64,000 nucleotides of DNA from an uncultured delta proteobacterium. Lineage in GTDB: Bacteria; Myxococcota_A; Polyangia; Polyangiales; Polyangiaceae. Below the pieces are notes generated by a model that saw only the letters and a program-made list of their open reading frames with translations, was not told where the DNA came from and did no database searches. The translations under genes were made by a program, and so were the position numbers. The DNA is taken from assembly GCA_963850305.1 (NCBI GenBank), contig CAWKKR010000009.1, forward strand, positions 1 to 64,000, written 5' to 3'. Below, piece by piece: positions 1-9,959 of the stretch (the first letter of the stretch is position 1; each line of letters opens with the position of its first letter).

Positions 1-1308
1 CGCGTTCGATGCCATGCTTCGCGAATGCCGCGAGTTCGCTGGCCTGCTCCGAGGACGCCCAGCGCAGTACCGCGTGCAGGCGATGGGTGAGCGGTTGTCC
101 CGCGGTCGATCGGAACGATTGTGCCAGCTTCTCGCGCCATTCGTCCGGGTAATTCCGGTCGATCGCGTCCCGGAGCTTCTGCTCGATGCGGCGAGAGATC
201 GTCCCGACGTAGGCATCGATCGCGCGCAACATGGCCGGATGCTTCTTCAGGCGCGTCACCACGGCGGGCGTGTCGTCCGAATAATTGGTCGTCAGCTCCG
301 GGACGTGAGCGACGCGGAGCTTTTTTGCCCACGTCTGATACGTGCGCACCGAAACACCGTTCACCTCGAGCGCAGGGAGGACCTGCGCGATGTACCTCGC
401 GAGCGCGTCGTTGAAGACCACCACCAGCATCTTGTCGGGGCGGAACCGACGCTTGTCCTGGAACGCGAGGTACGCCAGGCGGTGAAGCCCGATGGTCGTC
501 TTTCCGCTGCCGGCGCCACCCTGAATCACGACGAGACCCGAATCCGCGGCGGTGATCAGCTCGAACTGTCGCGCGTCGATCAGACCGGTGATCTCCTTCA
601 GGTGCTTGTCCTCGCCGAGCGCCGCGTCCGCGCCAAGGCCGAGCTTGCCGGGACGGTGGTACTGCTCGGCGCGGAGGGCGCTTCCCTGGCCGCCGGTGAG
701 TCGTGACCCCGGCCCCGCGCGTCGCCAATCGCCCCTGTCGTTGCGCACGAACATGCCGTCCGGCGTGACGATCCGCCGCAGCACGCCGTCGACGATCGAA
801 ACGCTGCGCCGGACCACTACGTCGCCGTGCACGTCGCGTTCACCGAACGTCTCATCGTACTCGTCGCCCTCGGCGTAGCGGTAATAGAGCCGACTGATCG
901 GCGCGTCGCGCCAGTCCACGATGCGCACGCCCGCACGGGAGTCCACGTAAGTGGTCCGTCCGATGAGCACTTCGCGCGTCCGTCCGTCCTCGCGAAGCAC
1001 CATGCGTCCGAAGTAGGGCGAGCGCGGATCCGCGTGGCCTTGCGAAAATCACGTTGCCGCACGGCTAGCCCCTGGAGACGCTCCATCGCTTCCAGGAGCG
1101 GAGGCACGTCCTCCAGGCGAGCCGCAGCGATCTGATCGCGGAGACTCAGGAGCTGGCTGTCATAGTCGATCGCCTGACGCTTCGGCCGGTGCCGCGCCTC
1201 TTCGAGGTGCTCCAGTACGCGAGCGAGGCACTTTTGTTCTTCCGAGACGACGCGAAGGAGTTCCGCATCGTCGAAGTCCTGGGTTGGGGCAAGCTCGCGT
1301 TCTACCAA
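1..1308 (-). CDS. HelD/UvrD-like SF1 helicase-family ATPase, N-terminal part (runs off the left edge; frameshift near 1046)
   Basis: Joined minus-strand frames read ...DPRSPYFGRMVLREDG...EVLIGR...IVDWRDAPISRLYY...IDARQFELITAADSGLVVIQGGAGSGKTTIGLHRLAYLAF. These are the HelD-family PYFGR and IVDWR-APIS motifs plus a Walker A. One base is missing in a T-run at ~1046. Start is approximate. Confidence 0.8.
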
Positions 1309-1454
1309 AGGGCCAGTCGTCCTTGAAATGGAGTGCCGCGCGCTCGGGTTCGCTCGCGGAACGGACGCCACTACCATCTTTCGCGCAGGCGAGCATCACC
1401 GACGAGGTACGGGCGCTTCCCCGAATCCGAGGATCGGGGGACAATACCCGCCAG

Positions 1455-2456
1455 ATGCGCGCGATGGTACTCGACCACCCGGGCCAGCCCCCGAGATTCA
1501 CCGAGATCCCGACGCCGGAACCCGCCGAAGGTCAGGTGCGTTTGCGGGTCCGAGCGTGCGGTGTCTGTCGAACGGATCTTCATATCGTTGACGGCGAGCT
1601 CTCGCGTCCAAAACTCCCTCTCGTCCTGGGGCACCAAATCGTCGGCGTGGTGGATCGAGTGGGCCGCGGAGTGACGGGGATTGCCGAGGGCGCGCGCGTG
1701 GGTCTTCCGTGGCTCGGGAGCACTTGCGGCGAATGTGAGTATTGCAAAACCCATCGCGAGAACTTGTGCGACCGGCCATCGTTCACCGGATATGACCGGG
1801 ATGGGGGGTATGCGGACTTCACCCTGGCGGACCCGTCGTATTGTTTACCGTTGCCCGCGGCGCTCGGAGACGTGGAAGCCGCGCCGCTGCTCTGCGCCGG
1901 TCTCATCGGCTACCGCGCGTTGCGGTTCACGGGCGATGCGAAGAGCATCGGTCTCTACGGGTTCGGCTCGGCAGCGCACATCGTGGCGCAGGTGGCTCGT
2001 CACGAGGGGAAGCGAATCTTTGCCTTCACTCGGCCCGGCGATTCCGTCGCGCAGACATTCGCGCGTTCGCTCGGTGCCGAATGGGCGGGCTCGTCGACGG
2101 AGAAGCCCCCGGAACCGCTGGACGCGGCCATGATATTTGCAAGCAGTGGCGCCCTGATTCCAGCGGCACTCGCGGCGGTCGCCAAGGGCGGCGTCGTCGT
2201 CTGTGGCGGCATTCACATGAGCGACATTCCGTCGTTCCCGTATTCTCTCCTGTGGGGCGAGCGCCACGTCCGATCGGTGGCCAACCTGACGCGCCGGGAT
2301 GGCCTGGAATTCCTCGAACTCGCCTCACGAGTTCCGATCGTCACGACAGTGACGCCCTACGATCTCGAGCACACCGGAGACGCGCTGGAGGATCTCCGCG
2401 CCGGACGTCTTTCCGGCAGCGCGGTCGTCCGTGTCGACTCTTCAGCCCGCAGGTGA
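1455..2456 (+). CDS. Zinc-dependent alcohol dehydrogenase family protein
   Basis: CGVCRTDLH, GHQIVG, structural Zn motif CGECEYC...C, PLLCAGLIGY, GLYGFG. Confidence 0.92.
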   Translation: MRAMVLDHPGQPPRFTEIPTPEPAEGQVRLRVRACGVCRTDLHIVDGELSRPKLPLVLGHQIVGVVDRVGRGVTGIAEGARVGLPWLGSTCGECEYCKTHRENLCDRPSFTGYDRDGGYADFTLADPSYCLPLPAALGDVEAAPLLCAGLIGYRALRFTGDAKSIGLYGFGSAAHIVAQVARHEGKRIFAFTRPGDSVAQTFARSLGAEWAGSSTEKPPEPLDAAMIFASSGALIPAALAAVAKGGVVVCGGIHMSDIPSFPYSLLWGERHVRSVANLTRRDGLEFLELASRVPIVTTVTPYDLEHTGDALEDLRAGRLSGSAVVRVDSSARR

Positions 2457-3170
2457 CGCGACATCACGCACGAGCTTGGCGAGCGCATCGAGAGCACTTC
2501 CGACGATGGTGTGGGCGCCGCTGAACTCGACCCAGCGAACGTCAGCCCCGGCCTCGCGCAGCAGGTCCCTCAAGCGGACGGCCGCATCGAAGGGGAGCAA
2601 CGGATCGGAACGGCCGTGACTCTGCATGACCGGCACCCCGCGCAATTTCGGGAAGGCCGGGGTCCATTCGTCGAGCGCCACGATCGTGCCGCTCATGAGG
2701 GCGAGCCCTGCAAACGGCGTGTCCGACCGCAACGCCACGTCCATCGAGAGCATGGCGCCCTGCGAGAAACCGCCCAGGATGGTCTTGCTTCGCGTCGCGC
2801 CGAGCATTGCACCGAGCGCGTCGAGCTGAGCCGTCACGGTTGCCCGAGCCTCGGCGAGCCCGTCCGGGACCGCGCGCGAACAATCCGCGCGATTCCCTGA
2901 CATCAGGATCATCGGATCGATCATCCACCACGCGCGCGCGCCGGCGTAACCGGGTCCCAGCGGTCCCGCCAGGTCGAGAGGCGCCTCGGGAAACGCGAAG
3001 CGGACGTTCGATGGGACGTCGAGTTGCCGATGGATGGGCACGAGGTCGTCCCCCGGTGCGCCGAAGCCGTGCAACAGCACCACGAGCGGCCCGTCGCCGC
3101 CGCCTTCGCGATCCGCCCCGCCGGTGATTCGGACCTTGGATCCGAGGATGACTTCTTGCCGCATCTTCAT
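2442..3170 (-). CDS. Phospholipase/carboxylesterase (alpha/beta hydrolase)
   Basis: LLHGFG, GFSQG nucleophile motif, HGRSDPLLP, C-terminal GAH. Confidence 0.9.
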   Translation of the reverse strand: MKMRQEVILGSKVRITGGADREGGGDGPLVVLLHGFGAPGDDLVPIHRQLDVPSNVRFAFPEAPLDLAGPLGPGYAGARAWWMIDPMILMSGNRADCSRAVPDGLAEARATVTAQLDALGAMLGATRSKTILGGFSQGAMLSMDVALRSDTPFAGLALMSGTIVALDEWTPAFPKLRGVPVMQSHGRSDPLLPFDAAVRLRDLLREAGADVRWVEFSGAHTIVGSALDALAKLVRDVASPAG

Positions 3171-3252
3171 TCTCCCGAGACCCCGCTCTAAACGAGGGCT
3201 CGCGTGTTCGGCAACTGATCTCTTGCGCGCGCCTCCGGGCTATACTGCGCCG

Positions 3253-3891
3253 ATGCAGCTCCGATCCGTCGTCGAGCGGTCGATCGCCTGGGTCGTGAAC
3301 CATCCGGAGGACGTACTCGGTGCGGCGAAGAACGCCCTCGGTCTCCGTCTGACCGTACCCCTCGATGTCCTCAGGTTCCTGGCGTCGCAAGCGAAGGGGA
3401 GGCGCGCACCGGCGGACGTCATCATCGACGCCGCTCCACCCGGGCTTTCGCTCGGCGCCACGCTCGACGTGATGAAGACGAAGCTCCGCGCGACCGCGTC
3501 CGTGCACGTCGACGAGGTTCGGATTGGGCGGGGGGAATTCCGGCTCGTAGTGCGCTTGCGCGACGTCGCGCTGTCGGTCCTCGGGCAATCGGACAGTCCG
3601 GTCGCGGCTTTGATCCGCTCGGGGGCGGTAGACCTGAGCAAGCCTGGAAAGCTCGTTGCCATTCTGCCGAAGCGCCCGCTCTTCATCGTGGAGGCGGACG
3701 ACGACCGCTTCGTCCTCGACCTCATGCGAGATCCGAACCTGGCGAGGAAGCTCGGGAAGGTCGTTTCGCTGGTGACACCCCTCGTCACCGTGAGCGCGAT
3801 CGAGTCCACCGGCGACGCGCTCGCCTTTCAGCTGTCGTGCCTGCCGAACGGGCTCATGAGTGCGCTCGGCTCGCTCAGGACGGCGCGCTGA
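3253..3891 (+). CDS. Hypothetical protein
   Basis: Open frame with GC3-biased codons from ATG 3253; TATACT lies just upstream. Confidence 0.7.
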   Translation: MQLRSVVERSIAWVVNHPEDVLGAAKNALGLRLTVPLDVLRFLASQAKGRRAPADVIIDAAPPGLSLGATLDVMKTKLRATASVHVDEVRIGRGEFRLVVRLRDVALSVLGQSDSPVAALIRSGAVDLSKPGKLVAILPKRPLFIVEADDDRFVLDLMRDPNLARKLGKVVSLVTPLVTVSAIESTGDALAFQLSCLPNGLMSALGSLRTAR

Positions 3892-5567
3892 GGGCCTTCG
3901 GTTCGCGATCGCCCCGAAGAAATGCGTGAAGCCGCTCGAGGGTGAAGGGTCGCGAGTACGCCCACAACATGAGCAGGCCCATCGTGTAGAAGAGATAGCT
4001 CTCCGCCGTGTACTGATCGTCGATGAAATAGAAGCTGCGCAAGATGATCTGGCTGGCGCCTGCGGTCACGAGGAGCGCCGGCGCGAGCGCCGGCACGGGC
4101 AAGATCAGCGGAATCGTGATCAGAAACATGCAGTAATAGTAACAAGTCAGATTCGTCAGGGAGATGACGAGGGGGATGGACAGTCCCGCGGCGATCCAGA
4201 GGGACTTCGTCCGACGGAGCGCCCAGATCATCCAGAGAAGAACCGCGCCGCTGATCGCCAGGAAGATCGGCATTCGCTGGTGGAAGCGATCTTCGCGGCC
4301 TTGCTTCCAGAGCTGGAACGGGTCATCGAGAGTCGCGTCGCGCGTGAAGCGCATGCGGCCGCGCCACGTGTGCACGAGCATCGTCTCGAGCCCCATGTGA
4401 TTCGTGAGCGGGGTCCGGTTGTGAACGCGGATGTGCGCGATGAAGTTTCGGTAAGACTCGGGCCCGGCGACGGCCACGCTCGCCGGAATCAGCAAACCCG
4501 CCGCGATGATGCATCCCCCGATGACACGCCGATGATCGGGATGCAGTGCTCGCTTCTTCACGAGATGAATCGCCATCACGATGGCCCAGCCGGCAAAGGC
4601 GATGAGCGGAAACACGCGGAGCAATGACGACCAGGTGAGCGCCGCGCCGGATAGGGCAAACTTCCGTTTTCGCGCAAGGCACATCGCCGCGACCATCAGA
4701 AACACCCAGTCCTGACGCAGGAACGCGCCGCCGGTCCAGTAGAAGTTCGCGGGCGCGTTCGTGCCCCAGAAGACGCTCGCCACCGCCATCACGCGCCACC
4801 CGAAAGCCCACCCCATCATGACCAGCGCGCCGATCTGAAGCCCGATGTCGAGCGTGGAGAGAAGCTTGAAGAACGTGTCGCCGGCGGAGCCGAGACTCGA
4901 GAACAACTTGCCCTCCGCGGTCCAGACGGGGGGAGGGTTGTATCCGTGGTCTTGCTGCATGTTCTCCCAGTAGTTGCCGCGGGAGACGCTCTCGAACCAC
5001 GCCACGTCTTTCTTGAAGGCCGTCCATTCAGCCGGCGAAAAGCGCTTCTTGCACTCGTTCGGATTCTTGAAGACGTTCGTTTCCGTCACCGGACGGATGA
5101 GGTTCACGGTCAGATCGCGGATCTCCCGCTTCTTCACCTCCGCGCCGTGGCCGTTCTCGACCTCCGCCACCATCGTGCACTCGTAGAGGTGCGTGTAACC
5201 GAGCGCGTCCGAGTACTTGGCGCCGAGGTAGTAGTGATAAAATTCGTGCCGGTGGTAGTAGTTGACGTACCTGACGTTCGGGTTGAAGAAATCGGAAATA
5301 GGTGAAAAACCCGACGATCGTGAAAGCGATGCCGATGCGCCTCAGCGTCTTTTCGGGGAGCCGTTCGCCGAACTTTCGGGCCCGCGCCTCGATGAGGAGC
5401 AATCCTGCCGCAACGAGCGCGAGCCCGATGCGGAAGAAGTCCATCGCATGCTCCCAGTTATCGTGGGCGAATATGTCCGTTCCGAGGAACCGGAAGCTCC
5501 ACGGATGAAAGAGGAAGTCGAAGGGGTTCAGTGACGCGGCGAGCGCGATGGTGTGGGAGAAAAGCAT
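3875..5567 (-). CDS. Multi-pass membrane protein, GT-C/GT87-like glycosyltransferase candidate (frameshift near 5295)
   Basis: Joined frames give ...YFDFFNPNVRYVNYYHRHEFYHYYLGAKY...HGYNPPPVW...WTGGAFLRQDW with many hydrophobic helices. The GYNPPP motif resembles the GT87 YxYPP motif. One extra base at ~5295. Confidence 0.65.
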
Positions 5568-5619
5568 TGGCTCCGGATTGTCCGCGACCTCTCGGACGGT
5601 GCGGCGCGGAGGGTAGTCC

Positions 5620-5661
5620 AAGAAAGAAAGGCCGGGTGCGTCACTTCGCACCCGGCCTTTC
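5620..5661 (-). terminator. Intrinsic terminator
   Basis: Perfect 15-bp inverted repeat (5626-5640 / 5647-5661). On the minus strand it reads as a GC stem followed by TTTCTTTCTT. Confidence 0.8.
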
Positions 5662-6062
5662 CGTTATCGCCCCTTATCCAGGCTTTCGTCGCGGTGGCTG
5701 CTAAGCGGGTCACCCCCGAGGGCGCGACCCAGGCCGAGCGAGCATCCGTCCTACCAGGTGGGGCTTGCACCTCCCGCGCTCGCGCGCGGGGCAGGACGGC
5801 AGATTACCCCGGACGAACCTCCAGGTTAGGGGAACAACTTAATTGCATGCTGCTGCCACCTCCTCCGGGTTGCCCCGGACACCCCTGCGGGCTCTCGCCC
5901 CGATACGAGGCGCCTACCACGCGGCAAACGCGAGAGCATCGAAGCGCAAGCCTCGGTGCGGGGTGTTTCCTGCTTCGAGCCCGATTGAACGCGGGCTCCT
6001 CCGTCTAGTGCAGAGCGCCGGGGTGCTCCCCAGCCGGCCAATTCCGAGAGCAAGGCTCTTCC

Positions 6063-6079
6063 CTGCACGTTGGTTCAGA
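6063..6079 (+). promoter_or_regulatory. LexA-box-like site
   Basis: CTGCACGTTGGTTCAGA, two mismatches to the Myxococcus xanthus LexA consensus CTRHAMRYBYGTTCAGS. Confidence 0.4.
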
Positions 6080-6220
6080 ACTAACACGCTTCTCCGCGAC
6101 TCGCCAAAGGATCCCGGCGCCCGGCACTAAAATATCACGCAGACGCGATAAATCCGGGCCTTGGCTGCCTTGACCCCCGCCGGTTTGACAGCCTGGCGGG
6201 TCAGGTTGAAGGCAACGTGG

Positions 6221-6973
6221 GTGCGTCGCCGTCGACCGTTCGGAACCTTCCTAGAGACTGGCTGGACGCCCTTCGACCAGCGACTGTTTCTCCGGACGGT
6301 CGCCGCTGGTCTTCTCGCGTGGGTCGCGTGCGCCGGCGTCGTGGTCACCACCGACGAGGCCACGAGCACGCTCGGCATGCGCGTCGCGCGGCTCGCGGCT
6401 CTGACGCCACTCGTGGCGGCGGTCGCGGCGCTGCTCGTCACGGCGCACGCCCGCGTCCGGGGCGAGTTGCGGGCGCTCGAATCGCTCGGGCATCCACCGT
6501 GGATCGCGGCACGCGGCGCGGCCGCGGCGGGAGCGATCCTCGTGCTGCTGGGCGCCGCTTTCCTCGTTTCCCCCTTGGCTGACGCTTCGAGTCTGTTCCC
6601 AGCCGTGCGCGCCGCCGTCGATTGGCACGTCGATGCAGGCGGATTCGTCGCGCGCGCGGCCGGCGTGGTGCTCATGGATGACGGCGCCGTCCACGTTCAT
6701 CGCGCGTCGGTGGTGGGAAGAGCGCCGTCCATCTCCGCGTGGGCCGCACTCCCTTCGCTCGGAACGATTGGCCTCGCCGTCCCGTCCTGGGCCGTCACTC
6801 CCATTCGGCTCGCGTCGCGGCTCGCGAGCGTGGGGCTCACGTTCGCGTTGGTGGTCACGGGGCTGCACCTGGTCGCCGCAGGCCGAGCGCCGGCGTCCGT
6901 TGGATTTCTTTCCGCCGCGCCGTTATTTCTGACCACTGCGCTCGCCAGGCGCGCCGCGCGAGACCGAGGTTAA
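6221..6973 (+). CDS. Short, divergent LptF/LptG-like membrane protein
   Basis: About six TM segments; RGELRALESLG resembles the LptF/G coupling helix (xELxAxxAxG); short beta-rich loop between TM3 and TM4. Start is uncertain. Confidence 0.55.
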   Translation: MRRRRPFGTFLETGWTPFDQRLFLRTVAAGLLAWVACAGVVVTTDEATSTLGMRVARLAALTPLVAAVAALLVTAHARVRGELRALESLGHPPWIAARGAAAAGAILVLLGAAFLVSPLADASSLFPAVRAAVDWHVDAGGFVARAAGVVLMDDGAVHVHRASVVGRAPSISAWAALPSLGTIGLAVPSWAVTPIRLASRLASVGLTFALVVTGLHLVAAGRAPASVGFLSAAPLFLTTALARRAARDRG

Positions 6974-7131
6974 GACGAGGACTCTGCCGACGGTTCGGGC
7001 TTGGCCTTGCGGGCTGCCGCTGCTTCGATGCCGAGCCGCACGCGCTTCCGCTTCTTCAGGTGCTTGCCTTTGAGCGGCGTCGCCATCCACTCGTGCTTCT
7101 GCCGGACGGTCCAGATACAGCGGTTCGCCAT
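6970..7131 (-). CDS. Small basic protein, 53 aa (MANRCIWTVRQKHEWMATPLKGKHLKKRKRVRLGIEAAAARKAKPEPSAESSS); not in the ORF track
   Basis: ATG at 7131 to TAA at 6970, GC3-biased codons, sigma70-like promoter directly upstream, stop overlaps the convergent gene's stop (TTAA). Confidence 0.75.
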   Translation of the reverse strand: MANRCIWTVRQKHEWMATPLKGKHLKKRKRVRLGIEAAAARKAKPEPSAESSS

Positions 7132-7142
7132 TTGGGAGGGCG

Positions 7143-7171
7143 GTCATAGCCGCCGGAGCCCGGCTTTTCAA
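7143..7171 (-). promoter_or_regulatory. Sigma70-like promoter of the 53-aa gene
   Basis: TTGAAA-17 bp-TATGAC, with the -10 ending 11 nt before the ATG. Confidence 0.6.
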
Positions 7172-7274
7172 GGGTTCATGGCACGCGCGCCCGGGACTCG
7201 CGTCGTCCTTGACACGTCGAGCAGCGTTTTCTAGACCCGCTTGCTGAAAGTGACTTTCACTTTCAGTTCCATCC

Positions 7275-7607
7275 ATGCCCCGACTGCTTCTCCCGGCGAT
7301 TCTAGCTGCTCTTTCGATGGCCGCATGCGCGAACCCAGGCGGGCCGCCGCGAGTTCCCGATCCGGCGTGGGCTGCGGACCAATGGCCAGGCACGACGGGC
7401 CAAGACCTCACCCGTGGGCGAGACCTCTTCGTCGCCCGGTGCCAGACGTGCCATGCGCTCCCCGTGCCCGCGGCCAAGGCCCCCGACGTCTGGCCGGATA
7501 TCGTCGCGGAGATGGCCGATCGCGCGCATCTCTCGCCGGACGATCGCGTCCTGGTCCAGCATTATCTCGGCGCGGCCAGCCAGGAAAGCCGCGCAACGGG
7601 TGGGTGA
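7275..7607 (+). CDS. Monoheme c-type cytochrome lipoprotein
   Basis: Signal peptide with lipobox-like MAAC, heme motif CQTCH, distal Met in WPDIVAEM. Confidence 0.85.
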   Translation: MPRLLLPAILAALSMAACANPGGPPRVPDPAWAADQWPGTTGQDLTRGRDLFVARCQTCHALPVPAAKAPDVWPDIVAEMADRAHLSPDDRVLVQHYLGAASQESRATGG

Positions 7608-7647
7608 GGCCACGAGGAGCGCCCGCCGGGTTCAAAGGTTGGACGCG

Positions 7648-7742
7648 TTCAATCGACCGTTGGATAGGGCGTCGTGGATGGCTTCAAGGGCGCATTGAAT
7701 GCCTTCAAGGGCGTCGTGGATGGCTTCAAATCGACCATTGGA
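7648..7742 (+). repeat. 21-bp tandem repeat tract
   Basis: GGGCGTCGTGGATGGCTTCAA / GGGCGCATTGAATGCCTTCAA / GGGCGTCGTGGATGGCTTCAA at 7667-7729, flanked by two ATCGACCRTTGGA copies. Confidence 0.8.
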
Positions 7743-7843
7743 CTCGAAGTCCGGACCCTTGCGGTCCGCCTTCAGGGAGTACGAGTCAACGGCCCGGCAG
7801 ACGCCACCAAGAGCAACTTCACGTCGAGCCGGGCCGGGGCGAG

Positions 7844-7917
7844 TCGGGGTGACTGGATTTGAACCAGCAACAACCTGCACCCAAAGCAGGTCCTCTACCA
7901 AGTTGAGGTACACCCCG
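7844..7917 (-). tRNA. tRNA-Pro (anticodon TGG), CCA not encoded
   Basis: CGGGGTG acceptor stem, CCTC/GAGG D-stem, anticodon arm CCTGC-TTTGGGT-GCAGG, T-loop TTCAAAT, discriminator A; extended -10 TGcTATAGT upstream. Confidence 0.95.
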
Positions 7918-7973
7918 GAACGACGTGTCCGAGCGCCCCACCGACTATAGCATCCGCCCCGCGCGTTCAAGCT

Positions 7974-8287
7974 CTAGTCGGGGATCGGTACGAGCTTGAT
8001 CTCGAGCCGGATGGCGTCATGGCCGGCAACGACGAGCTTGTCGTAAGGAAAGTAACCTTCGCGCTCGACAGTGATGCGGTGCTCACCCTTCGGCAAGCGG
8101 ACGCCGCGAGCGGCGACGTATCCGAGCGGTCCGATGTATTGCTCGTCGATGGTGACCGAAGCGTCGTAGGGCGTGTGCGGCTTACGCACCACCCGGAGAC
8201 TGACGGCGGCACGCAGCTGCGGCATACAGCCCGGCGCGGTCATCGCGAGAGCGAGAGCGACGATCGCGCGAGGGGCCAGGCGGCTCG

Positions 8288-8291
<4 letters not shown>
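7974..8291 (-). CDS. PEGA-domain lipoprotein
   Basis: Lipobox-like [15 protein letters not shown]...[19 protein letters not shown] pattern; ATGA overlap with the guaA stop. Confidence 0.8.
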
Positions 8292-9838
<1,547 letters not shown>

Positions 9839-9959
9839 GCCTCGAACTAGCATGAGCCGCGACGGCGGAAAAGCGGCGCTCCCGATGTTCTGCGGGGAAG
9901 GCGAGTGCTTCCAGGGACGCCGTGTGCGAAGCTCTCGCGGCGCGGCACTCCTCACTCCC

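Larger units (their letters stand above)
5620..6129 (-). ncRNA. Candidate large structured non-coding RNA or long leader, family unknown
   Basis: No credible protein ORF. About 10 helices; mismatches resolve as G-U on the minus strand. GCAA, GAGA, GCGA and CUCG tetraloops, a 3' terminator and an extended -10-like TGaTATTTT directly upstream. Confidence 0.6.

Noticed and set aside
5915..5970. c-di-GMP-I riboswitch-like GGCAAAC...CGCAAGCCTCGG on the plus strand
   Set aside because: The required P2 GNRA hairpin and tetraloop receptor are absent, and surrounding G-U pairs indicate the opposite strand
5620..6129. RNase P RNA, tmRNA, SRP RNA, 6S RNA or retron msr-msd
   Set aside because: No GAGGAAAGUCC, no tRNA-like ends or tag peptide, no SRP helix-8 motif, not a single rod with a central bubble, and no reverse transcriptase nearby. 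Judged by eye; cmscan is needed.
7648..7742. CRISPR array
   Set aside because: Units are contiguous 21-mers without unique spacers, and there are no cas genes in the window
7844..7917. tRNA as attachment site of an integrated element
   Set aside because: No integrase and no duplicated tRNA 3' end seen in the window
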